Below are positions 49,450-59,927 of a stretch of DNA of 64,000 nucleotides, one piece after another. The notes beneath the pieces were generated by a model, which had not been told where the DNA came from, did no database searches, and saw only the letters and a program-made list of their open reading frames with translations. A program made the translations under genes and the position numbers. Numbering within the stretch: the first letter of the stretch is position 1; every line of letters starts with the position of its first letter. Source of the stretch: an uncultured Deinococcaceae bacterium (GTDB taxonomy: Bacteria > Deinococcota > Deinococci > Deinococcales > Deinococcaceae). The DNA is taken from the NCBI GenBank assembly GCA_964252075.1, contig CAXULY010000011.1:52060-116059 (forward strand), given 5' to 3'.

Positions 49450-49845
49450 GGGGGTTGGCGGGCAGCTTAACACCACCATCCCCACTTCGCGTGAGGGAAG
49501 AAGCGGGCGCTGCTCCTCCCATCGCGGCCAGATATTCAGCGACAACGCGTGGACCGGTCCGACGCAAGATGGCTGTGGCGATGCGTCGGAGCCCTCGAAG
49601 GCGAAATTTACGCCCCGAAGGGTTCAGCTCGCACAGTCCAGGGTCTGGTGGCAAGGGGCCTCCTCCACACAGCGAGCTCAAACCTGCACCGGAACTGAAC
49701 CACATCCGAAATACCCTCGTGATGCGGTAAGGCGTCTGGCGCCGTTGGTCCTGCGGAGCGGCGGGTGGGTGGTCCAACGTTGGATGTGCCTGGTCTGGCC
49801 AGATGACCGATGCACAGACGGGGGGCCACGCAAAATACTGTGGGC

Positions 49846-50274
49846 ATGCAGTTCACCACCGCCTTGCCCGAACTCAGCGAGCTTCTGTCGCTGTACGCGT
49901 CCGTCGGCTGGAACACGTATGCGGACGATCCCGAAGCGCTGGAGCGCGCCGTGCAGCAGAGCCACTTCGTGCTGTGCGCCCGCTCGGAGGCGGGGGAACT
50001 GCTGGGGTTCGTCCGCACGGTCTCCGATGATGTGAGCGTCATGCTCGTGCAGACCCTGGCGGTCCGCCCGGACGCTCAGCGGCGGGGGATTGGGCGGGGG
50101 CTGATGGAGCGGGTGGCGGCCCGGTACGCGCACGTGACGCAGCACGTTCTGATCACGAAGAATCAGCCGTACCAGCTGGCGTTTTATGCGTCGCTCGGCT
50201 GGCACAACACGCGCGATCTGACGCAGGATGTCACCCACTGCTTCTACCGCAACACGCGCCGCGCGTTGAGCTGA
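49846..50274 (+). CDS. GNAT family N-acetyltransferase
   Basis: LYASVGW, GFVRTVSD, LAVRPDAQRRGIGRGL acetyl-CoA motif, FYASLGW. Confidence 0.88.
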   Translation: MQFTTALPELSELLSLYASVGWNTYADDPEALERAVQQSHFVLCARSEAGELLGFVRTVSDDVSVMLVQTLAVRPDAQRRGIGRGLMERVAARYAHVTQHVLITKNQPYQLAFYASLGWHNTRDLTQDVTHCFYRNTRRALS

Positions 50275-50342
50275 GCCAACAGTTCGGGCAAAAGGCGCGG
50301 GTGGTCGGCGCCTGACCCGGCACGCGCGACGCCACGCCATCA

Positions 50343-50966
50343 TCAGGCGCTGGTGCTGGGCCAAGCGTTCATCGCGGCGTTGACGGTGGTGAGGAGGTCC
50401 TGCCGGGTAGCGCCGTCGCGCGCGAGGGTGGACAGGCCCTGCATCAGGGCGACCGTCAGCGCTGCGAGCGCGTGGGCGTCCGTGGTGCGCGGCAGCGTGC
50501 CGGCGTCCACGTCCTGCTGGATGCGCGCCTGCAGCAGCGCATGGAGGTGGTCCCGCCGTTCCTTCAGGGCGGCCCGGGCGCGGTGCGCGTCGTGGGAGCC
50601 GCTGGTGGCGGCGCTGGCGATCAGGCAGCCGGGCGGCATGTCCGCCTGCGTGAAGCGGCGTGCGGAGCCTTCCAGGAGCCGCTTCGCCGCGTCGCGCGCG
50701 GTTGGGGCCTGCTGGAGCGTCTCGGCGGTGGGCCAGACGGGTGCGGCGTAGTGCGCGACGCATTCGAGGAACAGGTGTTCCTTGTCGCCGAAGGCGCTGT
50801 ACAGGCTGGGGGCGGTGATGCCCATGGCGGTGGTGAGGTCGGTGATGCTGGTGGTTTCGTATCCGGTTCGCCAGAACTGCAGCATGGCGGCGTGCAGGGC
50901 CGCGTCTCGATCGAAGGAGAGGGGGCGTCCTGGGCGTCGCTTGGGCGTCTCCGCCGCGTCTTTCAT
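50343..50966 (-). CDS. TetR/AcrR family regulator
   Basis: GRPLSFDRDAAL..FWRTGYETTSITDLTTAMGITAPSLYSAFGDKE; CATAAT-N7-ATG. Confidence 0.92.
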   Translation of the reverse strand: MKDAAETPKRRPGRPLSFDRDAALHAAMLQFWRTGYETTSITDLTTAMGITAPSLYSAFGDKEHLFLECVAHYAAPVWPTAETLQQAPTARDAAKRLLEGSARRFTQADMPPGCLIASAATSGSHDAHRARAALKERRDHLHALLQARIQQDVDAGTLPRTTDAHALAALTVALMQGLSTLARDGATRQDLLTTVNAAMNAWPSTSA

Positions 50967-51035
50967 AGCGGACATTATGAAACCCCTTGACGCGGCTGGC
51001 AACAGCAGGCATGATTCCATAGTGAGCGCTATGAA
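50962..51035. promoter_or_regulatory. Two candidate TetR operators between the divergent tetR and SDR genes
   Basis: CATAGCGGACATTATG (50964-50979) and CATAGTGAGCGCTATG (51018-51033). Confidence 0.65.
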
Positions 51036-51089
51036 ACTTGCTCAGGGTTGGTCGCCCACCACACCGGGACGGCCACCACAGGAGGCACC

Positions 51090-52067
51090 ATGACACACGC
51101 GTTCCCCAGCGACGCCACCACCGACGACGTGCTGCAGCACACCGACCTCACCCACAAACGGGTCTTCGTCACGGGCATGTCCGCCGGCCTCGGCGCCGAG
51201 ACCGCCCGGGCGCTCGCCATGCGCGGCGCGCACGTCATCGGCACCGCCCGCGACACCACCAAAGCCGACGCGGTCCGCACGCGAATCAACGACCAGGCGC
51301 GCGCCCACGGGGGGAGCCTCACGGTCCTGCCCCTGGACCTCGCCGACCTGAGCAACGTCCGGGCCGTCACCGACCAGCTGACGGCCGACCGCCAGCCCCT
51401 GGATTTGATCATCGCGAACGCGGGCATCATGGCCACCCCGTTCAGCCGGACGCGGGACGGCTTCGAACTGCAGTTCGGCACGAACCACCTGGGTCACTTC
51501 GTGCTCGTGAACCGCCTCGCGCCGCTGCTGGAGCCGGGCGGGCGCGCCGTCATGCTGTCCTCTGCCGCCCACCGCTTCGCGGACGTGAACATCGAAGACC
51601 CCAGCTTCGACACCACCCCCTACGACGCCTGGGTCGCGTACGGGCGCTCCAAGACCGCCAACGCCCTCTTCGCCGTCGCGTTCGACCAGCGCCACCGCCA
51701 GCGCGGCGTCCGCGCCACAGCGGTCCACCCTGGCCTGATCGCCACCGAACTCGCCCGAGGCGTCAGCGCCGAAGACTGGCAGGCCTTCACGGACCGCACC
51801 TCCCGCGGCCCCCAGACGGAGGACCAGCCACTGACGTACAAGACCATCCCGCAGGGCGCCGCCACGACCGTCTGGGCGGGCGTCGCCGCGCCCGCCGACG
51901 AGGTGGGCGGGCGGTACTGCGAGAACCTCCACGTCAGCCCCGTGATTCCAGCCGGGTCGGCGGCGAGCGCCGGCTGGGAGGGCGTCATGGCCTACGCCGC
52001 CGATGCCGATTCCGCTGAGCGGCTGTGGCGCAAGAGCGAGGAACTCGTAAACGAGCGCTTTTCTTAA
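51090..52067 (+). CDS. SDR oxidoreductase (retinol dehydrogenase/WWOX-like)
   Basis: TGMSAGLG, ANAGIMA, QFGTNHLGHF, YGRSK, VHPG; AGGAGG RBS. Confidence 0.92.
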   Translation: MTHAFPSDATTDDVLQHTDLTHKRVFVTGMSAGLGAETARALAMRGAHVIGTARDTTKADAVRTRINDQARAHGGSLTVLPLDLADLSNVRAVTDQLTADRQPLDLIIANAGIMATPFSRTRDGFELQFGTNHLGHFVLVNRLAPLLEPGGRAVMLSSAAHRFADVNIEDPSFDTTPYDAWVAYGRSKTANALFAVAFDQRHRQRGVRATAVHPGLIATELARGVSAEDWQAFTDRTSRGPQTEDQPLTYKTIPQGAATTVWAGVAAPADEVGGRYCENLHVSPVIPAGSAASAGWEGVMAYAADADSAERLWRKSEELVNERFS

Positions 52068-52485
52068 GCCACGCTGGCCCAGGGAGAACCACAGCCAGTG
52101 CTGGTCTTACCTCTGCATCGCATTCAACTCTTGCTGCGCTGATTGACGCAGGCACGCGCTGCGCACTAACAGCAAGGAGAGGAGGTGTACCGCCGTGAGC
52201 TGGAAGGGACACTGGATGGGACACAGGTTCACTATCCCGGCGAGAACCCCACTCTGAGCGCCTGCCGCCGCAAGCATGGCGCCGCTCGCAAAGGCAGTGA
52301 GGACGCCTAATGCGACCTGGACGGGGACGCACTGCGAACGTCGTCCTGTTGGTTCCTGTTCCTGGCACTCTCAGCGCGGTTGGAAGGACGGCATCAGGGG
52401 TCAGTGGGGATGCACGGGACTGGCGTGGGTGCGCCGCTCTCCCTGCTTCGGAACCCGATCACCGCTCAGCCCGTAGGCTGCATTC

Positions 52486-53436
52486 GTGCGTCCGACGAAC
52501 CTGCTGGCCCTCTTCGGCCTTCCCACCGACACGCCCGTCACGTCCCTGCACGCCAGCGCGCCCGTGTGGGCGGTCACCACACCTCAGGGGCGGGTGGTGC
52601 TGAAACGCACCAGCGCCCAGCGCGGCGCGGCCATCAAGGCGTGGACCCAGGCGCTCGCCTCAGCGGGCGTGGGCATCGTCGCCCCGCTGGCCGGACCCGA
52701 GATCCTGCCGGACCCGCAAGCCCCGGACACCCCCGTCGCATGGGTCATGTATCCCTTCGTGACCGGGCACCGGTACCACGGCACCGCGGCGGAACTCAGC
52801 GCCGCGGGGGCGCTGCTGGGCCGCGTGCACGCGTTTCAGCCCGCACGCGACTTCGGCCTGGCGGAGCACACCACGGTCCGCGCCTTCCCGGCTGCCGAGA
52901 TTGATGAACTGATGGGCGCGGTGCTGGACGCGGTGGAGCGGGCGTTTCCCGCTCAGCTGGAGGAGGTGCGGGCGGTGCTGGCCGAGCGCCGGTCACGGTA
53001 CCTGGAGGTCGTGCTGCCCCGCACGCTCGCCCTCTTGCTGCCCCTCGCGAACTGCAGCTGGGACCATAAAGCGGCGAACCTGGTCTTCCAGGCGTCGGGC
53101 GCGCCGGTGCTGGTGGACCCGGACAACGCGGTGCGGATGCCGCGGCTGTACGACCTGGCCATCACCGCCCTGTCCTTTCAACTGGACGCCTCGCTCCACG
53201 ACGGCCCGGTCCATCCGCTGTCCCCGGCCGACTGGCCGGTGTTCCTCAGCGGGTACGTGCAGCACGTGACGTGGACGGACGCCGAGCGGGCCGCGTGGCC
53301 AGACGTGCTGCTGTGCGCGTGGATGGATGAGTCCCTCTGGCAGCTGCACGCCGCGGGCGACGACTGGCACGATGAGCGGCTCGGGCCGGCCCTGCTGGAG
53401 TTGCTGCGTCTCCCCCACCCATACGCGCTGGTTTGA
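52486..53436 (+). CDS. APH-like phosphotransferase with atypical catalytic loop
   Basis: VVLKRT, LGRVH, SWDHKAAN, LVDPD, RLYDLA; TAGGCT-N6-GTG. Confidence 0.7.
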   Translation: MRPTNLLALFGLPTDTPVTSLHASAPVWAVTTPQGRVVLKRTSAQRGAAIKAWTQALASAGVGIVAPLAGPEILPDPQAPDTPVAWVMYPFVTGHRYHGTAAELSAAGALLGRVHAFQPARDFGLAEHTTVRAFPAAEIDELMGAVLDAVERAFPAQLEEVRAVLAERRSRYLEVVLPRTLALLLPLANCSWDHKAANLVFQASGAPVLVDPDNAVRMPRLYDLAITALSFQLDASLHDGPVHPLSPADWPVFLSGYVQHVTWTDAERAAWPDVLLCAWMDESLWQLHAAGDDWHDERLGPALLELLRLPHPYALV

Positions 53437-53697
53437 CTGTCTCAGGGGCGTCCAGCCATGCAGTCCTGGCGCACGGGCGGAGCGCACAGTCAGCTGAAAA
53501 CCAATGAGGCCCGTCCGTTCAAGTGACCAGGGCTTGCGGTCGGCCTGGTCTGAAGGTGCGTCTGTTGCGGCATACGAGGTTGCGCAGCGCCCTCATGACC
53601 CGCAACTGAAGGTTTGCTGAAGCCGCGCTCGTGTAGCAGTCCCTACAATCTCCTACGATGAAGCACCTCTCCTCCGCGCCCCTCCAGGAACCTCAGG

Positions 53698-54852
53698 ATG
53701 AAGCCTCAGGCCACCGACGAAGCGGATGACCGTGCCCACTCCATCGGGGCCCCCACCGGCCCCGCACGCACGCTGCGCGTGAACCGCCCTGTGGAAGGCG
53801 ACGTTCAGTACCGGCTGCTGGTCGAGAGCGTCATGGATTACGCGATCTTCATGCTGGACCCGGACGGTCACATCCTCACGTGGAACGTCGGGGCGCAGCG
53901 CATCAAGGGGTACACCGCACAGGAGATCATCGGGCGGCACTTCTCCACGTTCTACACCGAGCCAGACCGCGCGCGTCACCACCCCGACGCGGAACTGGAG
54001 ATCGCGCGCGCCGAAGGGCGATACGAGGAAGAAGGGTGGCGGGTCCGCAAGGACGGCACGACCTTCTGGGCGAACGTCGTGATCACCACCCTGCGGGATG
54101 ACGAAGGGCGCATCGTCGGCTTCGCGAAAGTCACGCGCGACCTCACGGAGCGCCGCGCGGCCGAGCAGCGCCTGCGCGAGCAGGCGGAGGAACTGGAGGC
54201 CTTCGCGTACAGCGTGTCGCACGACCTCCGCACGCCCGTGCGGCACATCACCGGGTTCGCCTCACTGCTGCGCAACGCCCTGAAAGGCCGACTGGATGAC
54301 AAGTCGGCGCAGTACCTGACGATCATCAATGACGCCGCGCTCCGCATGAACGTGCTCATCGACGCGATGCTGGACCTGTCCCGCAGCGGCCGTCAAGCGC
54401 TGCAGCTTGAGGCCGTGGACCTCAACGCGCTGCTCTCGGCGGTGCGCGCGGACCTGGAGACGGAACTCGATGAGCGGCGCGTCACGTGGGAGGTTGCTCC
54501 CTTGCCGGTGGTGAGGGCGGACGGCGACACCCTGCGGCAGGTGCTCGCGAACCTGCTCGGGAACGCCCTCAAGTACACCCGCACGCGCGAGGCGGCGCGC
54601 ATTGAGGTGTGGGCGGAGGAACGCGAGCAGGAGGTCGCGGTGTTCGTGCGGGACAACGGCGTGGGCTTCGACCCGAAGTACCAGGAGCGGCTGTTCGGGG
54701 CGTTCCAGCGCCTGCACCGCACGGACGAGTTCGAGGGCACCGGGGTGGGCCTCGCGACGGTCCGCCGCATCATTCACCGGCACGGCGGACAGGTGTGGGC
54801 GCAGAGCGACCCCGACCAAGGCGCCGTGTTCAGCTTCACCCTCCCGAAGTGA
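53698..54852 (+). CDS. PAS/PAC-domain sensor histidine kinase
   Basis: DYAIFMLD..WNVGAQRIKGY, WRVRKDGTTFWANV, SVSHDLRTP, NLLGNALKY, DNGVG, GTGVGLA. Confidence 0.92.
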   Translation: MKPQATDEADDRAHSIGAPTGPARTLRVNRPVEGDVQYRLLVESVMDYAIFMLDPDGHILTWNVGAQRIKGYTAQEIIGRHFSTFYTEPDRARHHPDAELEIARAEGRYEEEGWRVRKDGTTFWANVVITTLRDDEGRIVGFAKVTRDLTERRAAEQRLREQAEELEAFAYSVSHDLRTPVRHITGFASLLRNALKGRLDDKSAQYLTIINDAALRMNVLIDAMLDLSRSGRQALQLEAVDLNALLSAVRADLETELDERRVTWEVAPLPVVRADGDTLRQVLANLLGNALKYTRTREAARIEVWAEEREQEVAVFVRDNGVGFDPKYQERLFGAFQRLHRTDEFEGTGVGLATVRRIIHRHGGQVWAQSDPDQGAVFSFTLPK

Positions 54853-55353
54853 GCGGAGGCCGCATTGGGCAATCCGTGGCAGACCTCCTCAGCGGCAAAA
54901 CGCGCGCGGGTCCGTGCCGCTGTTCCATGCGTCGCGGTGTTTGTTCCGGTGCCACGCGGCCTCCTTCACCATGACGCCTTGAGGCCAGGGGCGCGAGGAT
55001 GGAGTGGGACGCCGTGCGGGACCGGTCGGGACCATCGCGCAGGCTCATTCTGCGGAGCGCCCGGCACTGAAGTCGTGGCCCAGCACTTACTCAAGCCCAC
55101 TGCGGGCCGCACGCGCCCGCCCGATCGCCGTGGACACAGGCAGGCGAAAGGACCTCACCGGCCACGGCGCCCCTCACCGGGTGGCACGATGCTCGATATG
55201 CCTGCGCGTATAGTGGGCGATGTATCCCCCGTGATGCACGCGCCACCATCTTTCGCTCCTGGTTGCACACGCATGGACGCCTCGACGCGCGGCCTGCTCG
55301 TGAGCGGACCACCGTCCACTGGGGCACCGCGATGACGAACGGAGGTCGCCCGA

Positions 55354-56013
55354 ATGGATGAAGCGGAGGCCCCCAAACGCGCCACTTACCACCACGGTGA
55401 CCTGCGGCAGGCCCTGATTCAGGCGGGACTCGATCTGGCGCGCCAGGGAGGACCGGATGCGGTCGGTGTGCGGGAGGCGACGCGCCGGGTGGGGGTCGCG
55501 CCGAACGCCGTGTACCGTCACTTCGAGGACCGTGACGCCCTGATCGCCGCGGTCTGCTCGGCCGCCCAGACGGAGGTTGCGCGCGCCATTGAGACGCAAC
55601 TTGCACGCGTCGACGCCGCACTGGGTGGCGCGCAACGCGCGCGGGCGCGGTTTCACGCGGTGGGGCTGGGGTACATGCGTTTCGCGCAGACGGAGCCGGG
55701 CTTGTTCCGCACGGCCTTCTGGGTGTCGAAGGACCTCCAGAAGGCCGCCAGTCCTGATCGGCGCAGCGAGGGCGGCCGGACGCCCTTCGAGTGGCTGAGT
55801 GAGGCCCTGGATGAACTCGTTGAGGCGGGCGTGCTGGAACGCCGGCACCGCCAGAACGCGGAGTTCCTGGCGTGGTCTGCCGTGCATGGTTTGGCGACCC
55901 TGCTGATTGATGGCCCGCTGCGGGCCCTGAGCGAGGAGCGTGCGCGGGACCTTGAACACCTGCTGGTGGAGATGGTGGAGCGGGGTCTGCAAGGTGGCTC
56001 GGGCGTAGGTTGA
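55354..56013 (+). CDS. TetR/AcrR family regulator (WHG-type C-terminus)
   Basis: YHHGDLRQALI, REATRRVGVAPNAVYRHF, WSAVHGLA; GGAGG RBS. Confidence 0.9.
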   Translation: MDEAEAPKRATYHHGDLRQALIQAGLDLARQGGPDAVGVREATRRVGVAPNAVYRHFEDRDALIAAVCSAAQTEVARAIETQLARVDAALGGAQRARARFHAVGLGYMRFAQTEPGLFRTAFWVSKDLQKAASPDRRSEGGRTPFEWLSEALDELVEAGVLERRHRQNAEFLAWSAVHGLATLLIDGPLRALSEERARDLEHLLVEMVERGLQGGSGVG

Positions 56014-56253
56014 GACCGCCAGTTGGAGCAGACGGCTCAACCTGGTTGTGGTGCACCTGACCTCACCCTGGTGTGCTGGCACCGACCGGTGTTTGCGCAC
56101 CAAGGACAGCATGGCGATGGGGCGCCATGTTTTTCAACCGGAACGATGCGCACACGAAGAGCGGCCGATTCTGGTGGAGGCGTCTGGTGTGCTGCTGGGC
56201 GTTGGGTAGGCGGAGCACCAACGCTTGCGCTTCACCCTTCATTGAAGCGCCTG

Positions 56254-56296
56254 TTGCAGTTCTGTTATTGGCGTAGTAATGTGGACGGCGTACACA
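56254..56296 (+). promoter_or_regulatory. Promoter TTGCAG-N17-TAATGT with RDRM-like spacer and a TetR-like palindrome
   Basis: Spacer 56260-56276 = TTCTGTTATTGGCGTAG; TGTGGAC-GGC-GTACACA at 56280-56296. Confidence 0.5.
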
Positions 56297-56391
56297 ACCA
56301 TGACAGCGAACGCATGCCCGTGCCGCTGCTCACGTCCAATTCGAACAGAACGTCTCAGCCGTTCGCCTGAACGCAGCCAGAAGGGGTCACC

Positions 56392-56982
56392 ATGAGAAGA
56401 GTTGTGCTCGGCATGTTCGTTTCGGTGGATGGATTCGTCAGTGGTCCGAACGGCGAGGTGGACTGGATTTTCCGGTTCGGGGACGACGCGACGGACGAAT
56501 GGATCGTCGAGAACCTGTGGGAGGCGGGCGTCCTCGCCATGGGCAGCCGGTCCTACCAGGACATGGCGTCATTCTGGCCGACCTCGGACGCGCCCTTCGC
56601 CGCGCCGATGAACGCCATTCCGAAAGTTGTGTTTACAAGAAATGGACGCGTCGATGCGCCGGGCAAACAGGCGGACACGCCAGGCGAGCCTGGTGACGGC
56701 TCCTGGGCCAGCCCGGTGGTCGCGGGTGGCGACCTTGCCGATGAGATCGCGCGGCTCAAGGCGCAGCCCGGCAAGGACATCAGGGTGCTCGGGGGTGCCA
56801 GTTTTGCCCAGGCCCTCGCGGCGCGTGGCCTCATCGACGAGTACAGGCTCCTGGTGGCGCCGGTCGCGCTGGGCCGAGGGGTCCCCCTCTTCTCCGGTTT
56901 GGCCCAGCCCGTCGACCTGCGCCTCGTGGGCACCAGGACGTTCAGTAGGGGCGCGCTCGCGCTGATCTACCAACCCGCGTGA
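56392..56982 (+). CDS. Dihydrofolate reductase/RibD C-terminal family protein
   Basis: MRRVVLGMFVSVDGF, MGSRSY, MNAIPKVVF, GGASFAQAL..GLIDEYRL.V.PV.LG.G.PLF. Confidence 0.88.
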   Translation: MRRVVLGMFVSVDGFVSGPNGEVDWIFRFGDDATDEWIVENLWEAGVLAMGSRSYQDMASFWPTSDAPFAAPMNAIPKVVFTRNGRVDAPGKQADTPGEPGDGSWASPVVAGGDLADEIARLKAQPGKDIRVLGGASFAQALAARGLIDEYRLLVAPVALGRGVPLFSGLAQPVDLRLVGTRTFSRGALALIYQPA

Positions 56983-57805
56983 GCGCCGCTGGATGGGCCG
57001 CGCACGGGCACGGGCACCGCAACGGCATGGTGAGAGGGGCGCCCCCTCCGCTGCAGTATGGAACGGAGCACATCCGGTTACGGGCGCAAGGTGGTTGCCT
57101 CACATCATGGATGACCTCTCCGCGCCTATTCCTGGACGTCGGCCAGAGCGGACCTCGAGACCCGGAACCCACGTCCGGATGATGTCCTTGATCCTTCCAC
57201 CATTGCTTCTCGATCGAGCCACCCGAGCAGCGCGGCGCCTATGGGGGCGTCGTGCGCACAGGGTTTCCAACGTTTCATGCTCGGTCGATCAACGCGCCGC
57301 GCTTGCTACGACCCAATACCCCAGCCCGCCATCAGTGGCATATCCCGGGTGACTGGTGGGTTGAGGTGCAATCCGGTGTCCCTTCTGGGGACGTTGCTCC
57401 AGCTCGGCGCTTACGGGGAGGCGCGATGCGTTGCATTACCTATGGTGTTTAGGCTGGCGCTCGCACAGTGCTCTCGCCGTCTCGGAGTTTGGAGCGTTTC
57501 TTTTCAGGGCGAGACACACAGCGTGGAGGGAAGGGCAGCAGCACATGGATCACCCTGCAAACGGCACACTCAAAACGGGGAGTCACAACATCTAGTAATG
57601 GACGTCCAGACATCCAGACGTTTAACCTTTCTAAGAGGCGAGGCGCATCACAGAAGCAATTCAGACCAAGAGCATCACCCAGATGACCTGCAGACAGTCA
57701 ACGCGCACGCCTTCGCTCACAACCAGATACATGGCTTCGAATGCCTTCCGCCGCCCTACCCGTCCAGCACCACCCGCCCGTCAGCAACAGGCTCAAGGTG
57801 ACACC

Positions 57806-58600
57806 ATGAAAACGGTCAAATCCAAAGACGGCACGACCATCGCGTATGAGCAGGCAGGAGAGGGCCCAGCGCTGATCCTCATTCATGGCGCCACCCAGCA
57901 CCGCGCCAGCGACCAGAGCATGCAGCAACTGGCTGCGCGGCTGGCGCCCCAGTTCACTGTGGTTCAGTACGACCGGCGTGGGCGGGGCGGGAGTACGGAC
58001 ACCCTGCCTTTCTCAGTGGACCGCGAAGTTGACGACATTGAGGCCCTGCTGGACGCTGCAGGTGGCTTGGCCTTCCTGTACGGCATGTCCAGTGGCGCGG
58101 TGCTCGCCATGGAAGCCGCGATCGCGCTGCCAGGCAGAATCAGGAAGCTGGCCATGTACGAGCCGCCCTTCAACGACGACGAGGCCGCCCGGCAGCGCTG
58201 GAGAACGTACCGCGAGCAGCTCGGGACGCTGCTGGCCGAGGACCGCCGGGGGGACGCGATGGCCCTTTTCCTCACGCTCGTGGGGCTGCCGGAGGACCGC
58301 ATCGCCGGGATGCGGCGGGCCCCGACGTGGCCGATGGCGGAGGCCATCGCGCCCACCCTGGCGTACGACCACCTCGGCTTGATGGGCGTCGACGCCTCCG
58401 TGCCCCTGCAGAGGGCCGCGCGGTTGCCCGTCCCCACCTTGGTGCTGGTGGGTGGAGCGAGCTTCGAGTTCATGCAGAAGACCGCGGTGACGCTCGCGCA
58501 GGCCCTCCCGGACGGACGGACGGTAACGCTGGAGGGCCAGACGCACAACGTGGACGCTGCCGTGCTCGCTCCTGTGCTGGAAGGGTTCTTCATGACGTGA
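57806..58600 (+). CDS. Alpha/beta hydrolase
   Basis: MKTVKSKDGTTIAY, IHGA, YDRRGRG.S, GMSSG, YEPP, GQTH. Confidence 0.88.
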   Translation: MKTVKSKDGTTIAYEQAGEGPALILIHGATQHRASDQSMQQLAARLAPQFTVVQYDRRGRGGSTDTLPFSVDREVDDIEALLDAAGGLAFLYGMSSGAVLAMEAAIALPGRIRKLAMYEPPFNDDEAARQRWRTYREQLGTLLAEDRRGDAMALFLTLVGLPEDRIAGMRRAPTWPMAEAIAPTLAYDHLGLMGVDASVPLQRAARLPVPTLVLVGGASFEFMQKTAVTLAQALPDGRTVTLEGQTHNVDAAVLAPVLEGFFMT

Positions 58601-58650
58601 GCACCACCTGCGAGGCAGACCAACCCCACAAAGAGCACATGAGGAGCGAC

Positions 58651-59187
58651 ATGCGAAAAGTGATTGTGACGGAGTTCCTGACCCTCGACGGCGTATACGA
58701 GGAGGCCACACCCTGGCGGCATGGCTACCACCCGGACGTCGGAACATTCAAGGCCGACGAACTCTTTGACAGTGGCGCCCTGCTGCTCGGCCGCGTGACG
58801 TACGAGGGTTTCGTCCGGTACTGGCCCAGCGCTGAGAACGCTGGGGCGTTCGGCGAACGGATGAACAGCCTCCCAAAGTTCGTCGCCACCACCACCCTGA
58901 CGACCTTGGAGTGGAACGCCACCGCGCTTGACGGGGACGTGGTCACGGCGGTGGAGGCCCTGAAACGGCAGGACGGCCAGAACCTGCTCGTGTACGGCAG
59001 CGGCACCCTCGTCCAGACGCTCCTGCGCCACGGCCTGGTGGATGAACTGCGCCTCATGGTCTATCCGGTGGTCTTGGGGAGTGGCAAGCGCCTGTTCGCA
59101 GGCGGGGATCAGCTGGCGATGAACCTGATGGCCGTGCGGAACCTCGGGTCAGGCGTGCTGCTGCTGACGTACCAGCCCGACGCGTGA
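58651..59187 (+). CDS. Dihydrofolate reductase/RibD C-terminal family protein
   Basis: MRKVIVTEFLTLDGV, LLGRVTY, MNSLPKFV, YGSGTLVQTL..GLVDELRL; GAGGAG RBS. Confidence 0.88.
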   Translation: MRKVIVTEFLTLDGVYEEATPWRHGYHPDVGTFKADELFDSGALLLGRVTYEGFVRYWPSAENAGAFGERMNSLPKFVATTTLTTLEWNATALDGDVVTAVEALKRQDGQNLLVYGSGTLVQTLLRHGLVDELRLMVYPVVLGSGKRLFAGGDQLAMNLMAVRNLGSGVLLLTYQPDA

Positions 59188-59927
59188 TGTGCACGACCGT
59201 GTCCTGTGGCCAGTCAGGTTGAACCCACCATGCGGTTCAAGTGCGATCTCTTTGTATGGTTCAAGGGGGCAGGCACGTGAGACCGAGGAAACCACCGTGG
59301 CAGGTTGAACAACCACAGGGTCATGCGCCACCTAGTCTGGACGTGCCACGGCTCGCTTTCGGCTTTTTGAGGCGCTACAGTGCGCTGCGCCTGACACGTC
59401 GTCCAATGCGACGGATGGTGGACCGAACACAGAAGGGATGTGGGCAATTCCCGTTGTGTGGCGCTGCCGAGCACACGTGACTGGCCTACATGGCCCACCG
59501 AACACCGCGTGTTCATCACCGCGTCGCGGACTGCTTTCGATGAGCCGACACATGCGGTGGGCATCCGCGCTTGAGAAGCGCCGGTCAAGGCACACCACTC
59601 ACAGGACAGGCAACGGGGCTGAGTGCCTGGATGAAGCTCACCGCTTGACAGGCGTCCAGCCGCCACCCCGGCGTGCTGGCCAGCGGTACGTCTCCACCAA
59701 GACACTCCATTACTGAAATCGACTCGCGCTGGAATGAGCCCCATACCGCTGTGGCTGAATCACGCGCCAGTCTGGGTTTGGAATCGACGCCCCTCGGACG
59801 CCCGTAGGCGATCAGTCGAGAAGGTGAGCCGGACCTTGTGCCATGCCTTGCATTTGCTTGGCAGCACCACCATGACGCGCGTGGCCGTCCTTTCAGGCTG
59901 CGGTCCGTGTGGACGTAGACTTGAGGG

